NCBI GenBank assembly: GCA_964567575.1
Contig: CAZMMZ010000008.1
Location: forward strand, 9,960 to 50,141
Direction of reading: 5' to 3'
DNA length: 40,182 nucleotides
Source of the DNA: Candidatus Undinarchaeota archaeon
Lineage (GTDB): Archaea; Undinarchaeota; Undinarchaeia; Undinarchaeales; UBA543
The notes under the pieces were generated by a model. It saw nothing but the letters and a program-made list of their open reading frames with translations. It was not told the origin of the DNA and made no database searches. This document shows positions 1-9,202 of the stretch, piece by piece. The position numbers and the translations under genes are program-made. Position 1 is the stretch's first letter. Each line of letters begins with the position of its first letter.

Positions 1-36
1 TCCATGTATTGTCTCAACTGAGTGGAGGATTTCATA

Positions 37-234
37 ATGATTTTAGAACTTCTCATGTTAATATCATTAACAAATATTGCTCAATTGATCTTTGTTTTAC
101 TTGCAGGATTTATTCTTGTTATAACTGGATTAATTTTCTTAAAATATTTTAAATTCATTTTTGGATATTTGATGTTATTTGCATTTCTCGGATTTGTTTT
201 CTACGCAGGTTGGCAGTATTGGCCTATACCTTAA
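37..234 (+). CDS. Small membrane protein, about 2 TM helices (65 aa)
   Basis: ORF track 22..234. GGAGG at 24-28 favours ATG at 37. Two hydrophobic segments. Confidence 0.6.
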   Translation: MILELLMLISLTNIAQLIFVLLAGFILVITGLIFLKYFKFIFGYLMLFAFLGFVFYAGWQYWPIP

Positions 235-266
235 CTTTTAAATAAGAAGGGATACACCATTTAACT

Positions 267-428
267 ATGAGCGATCCAACTGCTGTAACAATGAATACGG
301 TTCAAATTTCAGCTAATTTGCTTTTTGGAAAAATGGTTAATGGACTTGCTTTATTCTTTTTAATTGCTGGTTTAGCATTGCTTGGTTTTATTGCATATTG
401 GTATGTTAAAGTTCGCAAAAGAAAATAA
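267..428 (+). CDS. Small membrane protein, 53 aa, C-terminal TM plus basic tail (not in ORF track)
   Basis: Translated by hand: MSDPTAVTMNTVQISANLLFGKMVNGLALFFLIAGLALLGFIAYWYVKVRKRK*. Fills the gap before tRNA-Ala. Confidence 0.6.
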   Translation: MSDPTAVTMNTVQISANLLFGKMVNGLALFFLIAGLALLGFIAYWYVKVRKRK

Positions 429-460
429 TTATAAACTTCTTTTATCTTTAATTTTATTAT

Positions 461-534
461 GGGCCCGTAGATCAGTCCGGTAGATCGCGACCTTCGCAAG
501 GTCGAGGCCTCGTGTTCAAATCACGACGGGTCCA
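461..534 (+). tRNA. tRNA-Ala(CGC)
   Basis: Acceptor GGGCCCG/CGGGTCC with G3:U70 Ala determinant. D stem GATC/GATC, anticodon arm CGACC-TTCGCAA-GGTCG, T arm TCGTG-TTCAAAT-CACGA, discriminator A. CCA not fully encoded. Confidence 0.95.
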
Positions 535-615
535 CCCCTATCTTTCCAATTTAGAAACAAATATAAACTATCATCTCTCATATGCCTCAATAATCTCGTA
601 TGGAGGTAAATAAAA

Positions 616-735
616 ATGTGGTATTTTGATGATGACGATGGTGATGAAGCAAATTCAGAAACTGATTTCGATGAAGATAAAGAAAAACCAAATGAGCCTG
701 GAGCAATAGACGACGAAGAAGAAGACGAATTTTAA
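616..735 (+). CDS. 39-aa highly acidic peptide (not in ORF track)
   Basis: MWYFDDDDGDEANSETDFDEDKEKPNEPGAIDDEEEDEF*. SD GGAGGT at 602-607, TATA-like AATATAAA near 560-567, T-run after the stop. Confidence 0.65.
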   Translation: MWYFDDDDGDEANSETDFDEDKEKPNEPGAIDDEEEDEF

Positions 736-740
736 TTTTT

Positions 741-765
741 GTCTTGGGCCCTAAAAAGCCCAGAC
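741..765. terminator. Hairpin between the convergent acidic-peptide gene and proS
   Basis: GTCT(T)GGGC-N8-GCCCAGAC stem flanked by T-rich runs. Confidence 0.4.
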
Positions 766-770
766 TCTTT

Positions 771-2207
771 CTAATAACTTTTAGCAAAATAAGCAACAGA
801 TGTAGCTTTTTTCCCGCAATGCACGCACTTTCCAGTTGGCTTTGCCTTTCCATCTAATACTCGCACAGTTGCAGTTGTTTTATCTTTTATTTGTTCTTCA
901 CAAACACGTTCACCACACCAACCAACTTTAATAAATCCACGATCTTTTTCAAGTATTTTTGTGAATTCATTAAATGTTTTTGCTTCATGAATACTAGCTT
1001 TCAAGAATTTTCGTGCTTTTGACAATAATGATTTTTGAATTGTATCAAGAAGTATTGGGAGTTGCTTTTCAAGTTCTGAAATTTTTACAAAAGTTTTTTC
1101 TCCATTATCTCTGCGAACAAGAACAACTTGTTTCTTTTCAATATCTTTTGGCCCAATTTCAATACGTATTGGCACTCCTTTTAATTCCCATTGATTATAT
1201 TTCCAACCTGGGTTGTAATTATCTCTATCATCAAGATGAATTCTAATTTTATCTGAAAGTTTTTCTTTTATTTCTTCAGCTTTTTTCAAAACATCTTTTT
1301 TTGTTTTGTCAAATAAAATTGGAACAATAACTGCTTGAATTGGTGCCATGCGTGGTGGCATTACAAGTCCTTTGTCATCTCCATGCACCATGATAATTGC
1401 CCCGATTGTGCGTGTTGTAAGTCCCCAAGAAGTTGTATGAACATATTCGTGTTTTTCATTTTCATCAAGGAATTTAATATCAAATGCTTTAGCAAAACCT
1501 TGACCAAGATAATGTGAAGTACACATTTGAAGTGCTTTACCGTCAGGCATCATTGCTTCTAAACAGGAAGTATAATCTGCTCCTGCAAATTTCTCAGCTT
1601 CAGATTTCTTTCCAGAAAGAACTGGAATTGCCATTTCTTCTTCAATAAGATGACGATACATTTCAAGAGAAACTTTTACTTCTTCTTCAGCTTCTTTTTT
1701 ATTTTTATGAGCAGTATGTCCTTCTTGCCACAAAAATTCTCGAGTTCGTAAAAATGGTTTTGTTACTTTGGTTTCCCAGCGTACAATATTACACCATTGA
1801 TTCAAAAGAATTGGTAAGTCTCTATGTGATTTTACCCATTTCGAATAGGAATCCATAATAATTGCTTCAGATGTTGGACGAAGTGCATAGCGTTCAGAAT
1901 CTCCTTCTTTTTGTTCAATCCATGCAACTTCTGGGGCAAAACCTTCAACATGATCTGATTCTTTTTTAAAAAATGATTCTGGAATAAAGAGTGGGAAATA
2001 AGCATTTTTGTGTCCGCGTTTTTTAATATCTTTGTTAATGTAATCTTGAACATATTCCCAAATCTCGTAAGAGTAAGGACGGAATACAATACAGCCAGCA
2101 ATAGCAGCATAATCTGCAAGCTCTGCTTTTTGAATAACTTCAGTATACCAGTCAGGAAAGTTCTCTGACTTTTTCACTGTCATTCCAATAATCTTCTCTT
2201 TTGCCAT
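771..2207 (-). CDS. proS: Proline--tRNA ligase, archaeal/eukaryotic type
   Basis: Class II motifs (LRPTSE, VRWE...PFLRTREFLWQEGHT, TSWGLTTR), anticodon domain, C-terminal Cys-containing domain ending AKSY. Confidence 0.97.
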   Translation of the reverse strand: MAKEKIIGMTVKKSENFPDWYTEVIQKAELADYAAIAGCIVFRPYSYEIWEYVQDYINKDIKKRGHKNAYFPLFIPESFFKKESDHVEGFAPEVAWIEQKEGDSERYALRPTSEAIIMDSYSKWVKSHRDLPILLNQWCNIVRWETKVTKPFLRTREFLWQEGHTAHKNKKEAEEEVKVSLEMYRHLIEEEMAIPVLSGKKSEAEKFAGADYTSCLEAMMPDGKALQMCTSHYLGQGFAKAFDIKFLDENEKHEYVHTTSWGLTTRTIGAIIMVHGDDKGLVMPPRMAPIQAVIVPILFDKTKKDVLKKAEEIKEKLSDKIRIHLDDRDNYNPGWKYNQWELKGVPIRIEIGPKDIEKKQVVLVRRDNGEKTFVKISELEKQLPILLDTIQKSLLSKARKFLKASIHEAKTFNEFTKILEKDRGFIKVGWCGERVCEEQIKDKTTATVRVLDGKAKPTGKCVHCGKKATSVAYFAKSY

Positions 2208-2304
2208 TGTATTTTCTTATAGTAGGTCTCTTTAAAAATATAGTGGTGTGGCTGGTTCCTTTCTAAACACTAGATATAAATACCAAAATATACACGTATT
2301 TGTT

Positions 2305-2997
2305 ATGCCTGAAAAGAAAAAACATCATCATGAGTACATACCGATTCATACAGAAGGTTCTGGGAAAGTAGGAACTCATGAATATAAAACAAAAGGCAGT
2401 CTTTCTGGTTATCCAATAAGCAAATGGAAGAAAAGTAATTTTAAATATGGTTTGCATTTTTCAAGACATGTTCATGGGATTTTCATGTATCCACGAGCAG
2501 CTATACGTCGTATAATTGATGAAAACATTGTTCCGCAGGATCTTTTTATTCCATTAACAGTTGTAATTATAGCTGGTTTGCTTACTGCCATTGGCGGATC
2601 TATGTGGCATATTCTTCTTACACCTTCTGTTATAATCAGTTTCTTTTCTACATTGAAATTATTAATTACAATTGTTGGAATGCCGGTTTGGTTTATTTTT
2701 ATCTGGTTGTTCTGGACTGGAGTTCTTCATGTTATCTCTTCTATTGCAAGTAATAAAGATATTTTCAATACTCAGCGATTACATAAAACTGCAAAAGTAT
2801 TTGGACTTGTTTTTGCTCCAGCATTTTTGAATATCTTACCTTTAGTAAGTCTCTTAACTGGTTACTGGGTGTGGATTTTAAGTGCGTGGGCAATTGAGAT
2901 AAATTATGGTTTAAACAGAAAGCGAGCATTCTTAGTAACAATCCCTCTTTTGTTTGCTACAATTCTCGGAACATTCATTAGACTTAGTGTACTCTGA
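2305..2997 (+). CDS. Yip1-like multi-pass membrane protein
   Basis: ORF track 2248..2997. ATG 2305 follows a TATA-like element. 'MYPRAAIRRI' followed by about 5 TM helices is typical of Yip1-domain proteins. Confidence 0.55.
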   Translation: MPEKKKHHHEYIPIHTEGSGKVGTHEYKTKGSLSGYPISKWKKSNFKYGLHFSRHVHGIFMYPRAAIRRIIDENIVPQDLFIPLTVVIIAGLLTAIGGSMWHILLTPSVIISFFSTLKLLITIVGMPVWFIFIWLFWTGVLHVISSIASNKDIFNTQRLHKTAKVFGLVFAPAFLNILPLVSLLTGYWVWILSAWAIEINYGLNRKRAFLVTIPLLFATILGTFIRLSVL

Positions 2998-3037
2998 TAC
3001 GAAAATTTATAAACGTTAATTACAAACATATTTTGTT

Positions 3038-3397
3038 ATGAAATTCGGAGAGTACGGAATTAAAATATTGTTTATTATTCTGCTTTTTATTAGTGGTGCT
3101 GCATTTTATTCACTTGGTTGGATCGGTATCTTGGTTCCTATTTCAGCATTCACTCTCTTTTTTATTATGGGACTTTATGCTACATTTTCTAGAATATTAA
3201 TGCATTCTTCATATTATTTCGGTTTGTCAATGATTGTTTCAATTATTGTTTTTGGATCATTATTATTTTTCCCAGCGCAAACATTTTGGATTGCACTCAT
3301 TGTTTTTGGACTTCTTATAATTTCAATAATAATCGCTATATTTCGTTATTATAATGGGGTGTTGGGCAGAATCCAACTGCATCGTTGGTTGTCATAA
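3038..3397 (+). CDS. Hypothetical 4-TM membrane protein
   Basis: 119 aa, almost entirely hydrophobic. TATA TTTATAAA just upstream. Confidence 0.65.
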   Translation: MKFGEYGIKILFIILLFISGAAFYSLGWIGILVPISAFTLFFIMGLYATFSRILMHSSYYFGLSMIVSIIVFGSLLFFPAQTFWIALIVFGLLIISIIIAIFRYYNGVLGRIQLHRWLS

Positions 3398-3450
3398 TTC
3401 TTGAAAGAAAACCTTTAAGTATACATCAGATTTATCCCTGCTGAGGTTGA

Positions 3451-4296
3451 ATGGTAACAGATTTAAAAAAACCACTTGTGAGATATGAGACTAAAGAATT
3501 CTTATCAAGATATTTATTAATAGGAATTGTTTCTTTCTTCTTTCTTTTACTTATCTTAATGCCACTTGGCTCAATGTTTTACTATTCAACTAGCGAAGGC
3601 CTTTATGCGTTTTTCCAAGCAGTTACTTCTCCTGCTGCGTTGTTTGCACTGAAATTCAGTGTTCTTCTTGCTCTTGCTACAACAGTTTGTAATGTTTTTA
3701 TTGGAACTCTGGGCGCGTATGTTTTAGTTCGATATGATTTTCCAGGAAAAAATATTCTTAATGCAGTTGTTGATTTGCCAATAGCTGTCCCAACAGCTGT
3801 TACTGGTTTTACACTTCTTTTGCTTTATGGGCCTATTGGTATTTTTGGAAAATATTTATCTCAACATGGTATAACTATTCTGAATGCATTTCCTGGAATT
3901 CTTTTGGCGCATGTCTTTGTAACATTTCCATTTGTTATCCGATCCGTAAGTGGAGTTCTTGAAGGTGTTGAAAGAAATTATGAAGAAGTTGCAAAAACAT
4001 TAGGAGCATCACGATTTCAAATTTTTAAACACATTACTTTACCGTCAATTAAAGGTGGTATTATTTCTGGATTAATTTTAACCTTTGCTCGTTCTCTTGG
4101 AGAATTTGGAGCAACAATGATGATATCTGGAAATATTGCATTAAAAACTCAAACTGCTCCTCTGTTTATTTACAAACGTATACAAGAACTTGATTATACA
4201 GGTGCTAGTGCTATGGCTATTTTATTAGCACTTACTTCATTTATTATTCTTTACAGTTTGAAAGTTATAACTAAAAGAAAGGAGAAAAGCTCATGA
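3451..4296 (+). CDS. cysT: Sulfate/thiosulfate (or molybdate/tungstate) ABC transporter permease, CysT-like
   Basis: VLVRYDFPGK..VDLPIAVPTAVTG, EAA loop (EEVAKTLGAS), FARSLGEFG..SGNI match CysT/ModB-type permeases. Confidence 0.8.
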   Translation: MVTDLKKPLVRYETKEFLSRYLLIGIVSFFFLLLILMPLGSMFYYSTSEGLYAFFQAVTSPAALFALKFSVLLALATTVCNVFIGTLGAYVLVRYDFPGKNILNAVVDLPIAVPTAVTGFTLLLLYGPIGIFGKYLSQHGITILNAFPGILLAHVFVTFPFVIRSVSGVLEGVERNYEEVAKTLGASRFQIFKHITLPSIKGGIISGLILTFARSLGEFGATMMISGNIALKTQTAPLFIYKRIQELDYTGASAMAILLALTSFIILYSLKVITKRKEKSS

Positions 4297-5435
4297 CCAA
4301 AGAACCAGAAGATCAAGTAACACCTCGTAGCATCCATACAAAAAATATTGTGAAAAGTTATGATGAGAATATGGTTGTTAATGATGTTTCTCTTGATGTA
4401 AAGAATGGAGAATTTCTTGTTATTCTTGGTCCAAGTGGTTGCGGAAAAACAACATTGCTTCGAATGATTGCTGGTCTTGAAAAGCAAACGTATGGAGATG
4501 TCTTTTTTGATGATATTAATGTTGGTGGTATTCCTCCTCAAAAACGTAACATTGGTTTTCTATTTCAACAATACACTTTATTCGAACACATGTCTGTGAA
4601 GGAAAATATTGAATTTGGTTTGAAGCTCAAGGGTGTGAAAAAAGCAGAGTGTGAGAAAAAAATTACAGAGCTTCTTGATATTATGGGGCTTTCTGAAATG
4701 TTAAATCGTAATCCAAAAAATCTTTCTGGCGGTCAAAAACAAAGGATTGCGCTTGCTCGTGCTCTTGCAATGAATCCTTCTGTTCTTTTGCTTGATGAAC
4801 CTTTTGGAGCTCTTGATGCAAGCACTCGAACAAAGATGCGTCAGGATGTTAAAGATATTCAAAGAAAACTTGGGCTTACTACAATTCTTGTTACTCATGA
4901 TCAGGAAGAAGCATTCGAGCTTGGTGATCGAGTTGCTGTAATGAACCAAGGAAAAATTGAACATATTGGAACACCTCAAGAAATTTATGATAATCCTCAT
5001 ACTGCTTTTGTTGCTCAGTTTATTGGAACAGTTAATGTTTTGAATGGTGTTTTTGAAAAAGGAAAAATTAAACTTGGTTATTTACTTCTTGATACTCCTA
5101 AATTAAATTTCAAATTTAAAGAGGGAGACTCTTTGAAACTATTAGTTCGTCCTGAAGATGTTGAAGTTGAAAAAGCTCTTGCAAAAATGAAACGGAAAGA
5201 AGAAATAACAACTGGTAAAATTCTTAATTTGCTTTTCTTAGGTCCTTTTGTTAAACTGAGAATTAGTCTTGGGCGTGGAATTACTGTTCGTGTTCTTAAA
5301 CCAAAAGAAGAAATTACTAAAAAGAAATTCAAAATTGGGGATGATGTTTTTGTAAATATTTCTAAATTTAAAGTATTTCCAGAATCAGTTGATGCATCTA
5401 TTCCAACACCAGTTAGTAACATTTTGAAAGTTTGA
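4293..5435 (+). CDS. cysA: ABC transporter ATP-binding subunit, CysA/PotA-like with TOBE domain
   Basis: Walker A GPSGCGKTT, signature LSGGQKQR, LLLDEPF, VTHDQEEA. ATGA overlap with the permease stop. Confidence 0.8.
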   Translation: MTKEPEDQVTPRSIHTKNIVKSYDENMVVNDVSLDVKNGEFLVILGPSGCGKTTLLRMIAGLEKQTYGDVFFDDINVGGIPPQKRNIGFLFQQYTLFEHMSVKENIEFGLKLKGVKKAECEKKITELLDIMGLSEMLNRNPKNLSGGQKQRIALARALAMNPSVLLLDEPFGALDASTRTKMRQDVKDIQRKLGLTTILVTHDQEEAFELGDRVAVMNQGKIEHIGTPQEIYDNPHTAFVAQFIGTVNVLNGVFEKGKIKLGYLLLDTPKLNFKFKEGDSLKLLVRPEDVEVEKALAKMKRKEEITTGKILNLLFLGPFVKLRISLGRGITVRVLKPKEEITKKKFKIGDDVFVNISKFKVFPESVDASIPTPVSNILKV

Positions 5436-5549
5436 TTTTCTACTAGAAATAAAGGTATATGAAAAACTTTAAAAAGGACTTACCTCTTGTATAAGACTAC
5501 TTCTTAGAGCTTTTTGTTCTAAAGTTGAGACTAAAGGGGAAATGTAAAA

Positions 5550-6287
5550 ATGGCAGAATTAATTAAAGAAGGTGACTTCGTAACAATTGACTATATCGGT
5601 AAAGTCAAAGCTACTGAACAGATTTTCGATTTAACTCGTGAAGATGTAGCAAAAGAAAAAGGCGTTATGTCTGATAACGCACGCTATGGTCCAGTTACTG
5701 TTATTGTTGGGGCAAAGCATGTTATTCCTGGTCTTGACAAAAAACTTGTTGGTCTCAAAGTTGGAGACAAAAAGACATTTGACATTTCTTCTAATGATGC
5801 TTTTGGAAATAAAGATTTAACACTTGTGAAACTTATTCCTAGAAGCGAATTCAAAAAACAAAAATTAAATCCAGTTCCTGGAATTCCAATTAATATTGAA
5901 GGGCGCTATGGTATAATTCAAAGTGTTAGTGGTGGTCGAGTGAAAGTTGATTTCAATCATCCACTCTCTGGCAAAGAACTTTCTTACGAAGTTGAGATTC
6001 ATGATATCCTTGAAAAACCTGAAGAACAAATCAAAGCATTATTCAGGTTCCATTTGTCAAAAGTGGACACAAGTGAGGTAGATGTCAAGATTTCCGGCAA
6101 AAAAGTTGACATAAGCACCCCAAAAACGCCACAAACCAGAAGATATATAAATTTGACAGAGGAAGTAGTAGCGGGAGATATAATCAAATACATTAAGGGG
6201 ATCGAGACAGTTCGATTTATCGATGTGTTTGAAAAAGCGCAGCCACAAAAATCAAAAGAACCAGCAGCGGCTGACGCAAAAAAATAA
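5550..6287 (+). CDS. slyD: FKBP-type peptidyl-prolyl isomerase, long archaeal SlyD type
   Basis: GDFVTIDYIG, VIPGLD, IF domain, VDFNHPLSGKEL, C-terminal extension. Confidence 0.92.
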   Translation: MAELIKEGDFVTIDYIGKVKATEQIFDLTREDVAKEKGVMSDNARYGPVTVIVGAKHVIPGLDKKLVGLKVGDKKTFDISSNDAFGNKDLTLVKLIPRSEFKKQKLNPVPGIPINIEGRYGIIQSVSGGRVKVDFNHPLSGKELSYEVEIHDILEKPEEQIKALFRFHLSKVDTSEVDVKISGKKVDISTPKTPQTRRYINLTEEVVAGDIIKYIKGIETVRFIDVFEKAQPQKSKEPAAADAKK

Positions 6288-6313
6288 TAATCAATTAAAA
6301 GAGATGGGAAAAA

Positions 6314-7405
6314 ATGGCCAGTCAAGAAACAATTAATGACACAACATATGCAATGCCTGCAAGCTCTGGCTTGGAGGACGTGGTACGAGCAAAGAGGACC
6401 GTAATTAAGGTCGTTGGCAGCGGCGGTGCTGGAAATAACACCATAAACCGCCTTATGGACATCGGTATCGATGGAGCAGACTGTGTTGCTATCAACACAG
6501 ACGCACAAGATTTACTTTATACAAATGCGTCTCAAAAGATTCTTATTGGGAAGGAAACAACTGGTGGTCTTGGTGCAGGTTCTGATCCTCGTGTAGGTGC
6601 TGATGCCGCAAAAGAAGATGAGAAAGAACTTAAAGATTCTGTCGCAGGTTCTGATCTTGTTTTTGTAACATGCGGTCTCGGTGGTGGTACTGGTACCGGT
6701 TCAATTCCTGTTGTTGCAGAGCTTGCAAAAAAGAGCAAAGCTCTAACAATTGGTATTGTTACACTTCCATTCAGCATCGAAGGTGCTGTTAGATGGGAAA
6801 ACGCACAAGCAGGTCTTGCTGCTCTTCGTGAACACACAGACACTGTTATTGTTATTCCAAATGACAAGCTTCTTGAGATTGTTCCTGAACTTCCATTAAA
6901 TGCTGCATTCAAGGTTGCGGATGAAATCCTTGTAAATGCTGTTAAAGGAATTACAGAATTAGTCACAAAAGAAGGTCTTGTTAACCTCGATTTCGCTGAC
7001 ATCAGAGCAATTATGCGCGATGGTGGTACAGCTATGATCGGTCTTGGTGAATCAGATAGTGATGATAAAGCAAGAGAAGCTGTTGAAAAAGCTTTAACAA
7101 ATCCGTTACTTGATGTGGATATTGCAGGTGCAAAAGGGGCACTCATCAACGTTGTTGGTGGTCCTGATATGACTTTGCAAGATGCACGAATTGTAATGGA
7201 AGCTGTTTCCGACAAGTTAGATCCAAATGCACGAATCATTTGGGGAGCTCGCATTGATCCTGAACTTCAGAACATAATGCGCGTTATGCTTGTTGTTACA
7301 GGTTTAAAGCCTCAAAAGCAAATAATCGGTCCAGACGACTCAGAAGAAAAGAAAGTGTATAGAAATAAAATGGAAAATGAGTATGGGATTGATTTTGTCG
7401 GCTAA
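6314..7405 (+). CDS. ftsZ: Cell division protein FtsZ
   Basis: [18 protein letters not shown], tubulin signature [15 protein letters not shown]. Confidence 0.98.
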   Translation: MASQETINDTTYAMPASSGLEDVVRAKRTVIKVVGSGGAGNNTINRLMDIGIDGADCVAINTDAQDLLYTNASQKILIGKETTGGLGAGSDPRVGADAAKEDEKELKDSVAGSDLVFVTCGLGGGTGTGSIPVVAELAKKSKALTIGIVTLPFSIEGAVRWENAQAGLAALREHTDTVIVIPNDKLLEIVPELPLNAAFKVADEILVNAVKGITELVTKEGLVNLDFADIRAIMRDGGTAMIGLGESDSDDKAREAVEKALTNPLLDVDIAGAKGALINVVGGPDMTLQDARIVMEAVSDKLDPNARIIWGARIDPELQNIMRVMLVVTGLKPQKQIIGPDDSEEKKVYRNKMENEYGIDFVG

Positions 7406-7410
7406 ACTTC

Positions 7411-7584
7411 ATGATGAATCTTAAAGAAAAACTGCAAGCATATGCAAGAATCTTAAGAATCGCAAAAAAACCATCAGGAATGGAATTTAGGGCTATTCTT
7501 AAAGTGACTGGCCTTGGCATCATTCTTATTGGTGTCATCGGCTTTTTGATCAGTATTGCATCAAGATTAATAAAAGCTGTTTAA
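7411..7584 (+). CDS. secE: Protein translocase SecE/Sec61-gamma (57 aa, not in ORF track)
   Basis: MMNLKEKLQAYARILRIAKKPSGMEFRAILKVTGLGIILIGVIGFLI... has the R-x-L-x-x-A-x-K-P motif plus one TM. Conserved ftsZ-secE-spt5-rpl11 order. Confidence 0.93.
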   Translation: MMNLKEKLQAYARILRIAKKPSGMEFRAILKVTGLGIILIGVIGFLISIASRLIKAV

Positions 7585-8309
7585 TGGGAACTAATTGTAT
7601 GAACTCTGATAAAGATATTACAAAATCTGAAGCTCAGAAAGAGCAGGTTATGTCTAGTGAAAACAAGGCTGAGCAAACTTCAGTAGAAGCGGAAACCCCT
7701 ATTGAAGAACAAGTTGCAAAAGAAGCACCTGTTGAGGAACCAGTTAAAGAAAAGAAAGAATCTGAAGACGAGGAAGAAGAGGAAGAACTGGAACCTGAAG
7801 TTGATGATCATGGTATTTATGCAATAAGAACAACTGCAAATAAAGAAAAAAATGTTGCATCCAAAATTTATGATCGTATTACTCGTGATAATTATGATAT
7901 CTCTGCAATTGTTGTGCCAGGATTGAAAGGTTACATTCTTGTTGAAGGTAGTCGAAAAGAAATTGACAAAGCATATCGTGGTGTTACACATGCACGTGGT
8001 TTAGTTGCTGGAAAAACTAGTCTTGATGAGATTGGTCATTTCCTTGCACCAAAACCAGCAGTTACTTCACTTGAAATCGATTATGTTGTTGAAGTGTCTA
8101 CAGGTCCATTCAAAGGTGAAAGAGCAAAAATCACTCGCGTTGATAATACAAAGAATGAAATTACAATCGAATTGCTTGAAGCTACAGTTCCAATTCCAAT
8201 TACAGTTCCTGCAGAATCTGTAAGAGTATTGGAAAAAGATCCTGAAGGAAAGAAAGAAAAGAAGGAAAAACAGCAGAAAGAAGAAACAGAAGATCCATTC
8301 GCACTTTAA
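7584..8309 (+). CDS. spt5: Transcription elongation factor Spt5 (NusG family) with long acidic N-terminus
   Basis: NGN domain (IYAIRTTANKE...GYILVE) and KOW (GPFKGERAKITRVD). Start may be 7599. Confidence 0.95.
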   Translation: MGTNCMNSDKDITKSEAQKEQVMSSENKAEQTSVEAETPIEEQVAKEAPVEEPVKEKKESEDEEEEEELEPEVDDHGIYAIRTTANKEKNVASKIYDRITRDNYDISAIVVPGLKGYILVEGSRKEIDKAYRGVTHARGLVAGKTSLDEIGHFLAPKPAVTSLEIDYVVEVSTGPFKGERAKITRVDNTKNEITIELLEATVPIPITVPAESVRVLEKDPEGKKEKKEKQQKEETEDPFAL

Positions 8310-8368
8310 ACGTGATAGTGGGTAAAGCTTAAATACACCCAACTAAACATATTCTGCTTCACATTCAA

Positions 8369-9160
8369 ATGGTTGAACAAATAAAATCTCTTGTTGAAGG
8401 TGGAAAGGCAACTGCCGGACCCCCATTAGGCCCAGCATTGGGTCCTCTAGGTGTTCCTATTAACAAAGTTATTGAGGAAATTAATGCTAAAACAAAAGAT
8501 TTTGCTGGAATTCAAGTTCCAGTTACTGTAACTGTTGATCCAAAAACAAAAGCTTTTGAAATTGAAGTTGGAACTCCTCCTGTTTCTTCACTTATTAAAC
8601 GCGAACTTTCTCTTGAAAAAGGTGCAGCAAATGCAAAAGAGGAAAAAGTAGCAGACATGGTTATTGAGCAAGTTAACAAAATTGCTCTTATGAAAGAAAG
8701 CACATTAAAAACTGGTAGCTTTAAAGCTGCAGTTAAGACTATTGTTGGTACTTGTGTTTCTATGGGTATTATGGTTGAAGGAAAGCCTGCAAAAGAAGCT
8801 CTTATTGAAATTGATGACGGAAAATATGACGATAAGATAAATTCAAAGAAAACTGAGCTTTCTGACGAAGAAAGAAAACGTCTTGAAGAAGAGAAAGCAA
8901 AACTTGGAGCAGAAATTGCAAAAGCTCGTGAAGCTGAGCAAGCAATTGCTGATGAAGTTCTTGCAAAGATGGATGGTAAGACCGATGCAGAGAAGAAAGC
9001 CGCACTTAAAGATGCTGGTGTTTCAAGTGCTCTTGTTAACAAACTCATTGCTCCTGCTGGTGCAGGTGGTGAAGGTGCAGCTCCTGGTGGTGCTCCTGGT
9101 GCAGCTCCTGCTGCTGATGGTGAGAAGAAAGAAGCTCCTGCTGAAGAGAAGAAAGAATAA
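8369..9160 (+). CDS. rpl11: 50S ribosomal protein uL11 with about 100-aa C-terminal extension
   Basis: VEGGKATAGPPLGPALGPLG and VGTCVSMG motifs. Confidence 0.96.
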   Translation: MVEQIKSLVEGGKATAGPPLGPALGPLGVPINKVIEEINAKTKDFAGIQVPVTVTVDPKTKAFEIEVGTPPVSSLIKRELSLEKGAANAKEEKVADMVIEQVNKIALMKESTLKTGSFKAAVKTIVGTCVSMGIMVEGKPAKEALIEIDDGKYDDKINSKKTELSDEERKRLEEEKAKLGAEIAKAREAEQAIADEVLAKMDGKTDAEKKAALKDAGVSSALVNKLIAPAGAGGEGAAPGGAPGAAPAADGEKKEAPAEEKKE

Positions 9161-9202
9161 GGCTAACTTTATTATACTATCACAGTTTATTCTATAGTAG
9201 TT

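Noticed and set aside
302-499. 65-aa minus-strand ORF
   Set aside because: Antisense to tRNA-Ala and to a better plus-strand small ORF.
587-853. 88-aa minus-strand ORF
   Set aside because: Overlaps the proS end out of frame and is antisense to the SD-supported acidic peptide.
2208-2247. Pro- or Lys-rich leader peptides before proS (also lysS, 22491-22536)
   Set aside because: TATA boxes lie about 20-25 nt from the ATG, leaving no room for a uORF. These serve as negative controls for the valS leader.
9050-9150. Short GCTCCTG(G/C)TG-type tandem repeats
   Set aside because: Encode the Ala/Pro/Gly tail of uL11; not CRISPR or REP repeats.
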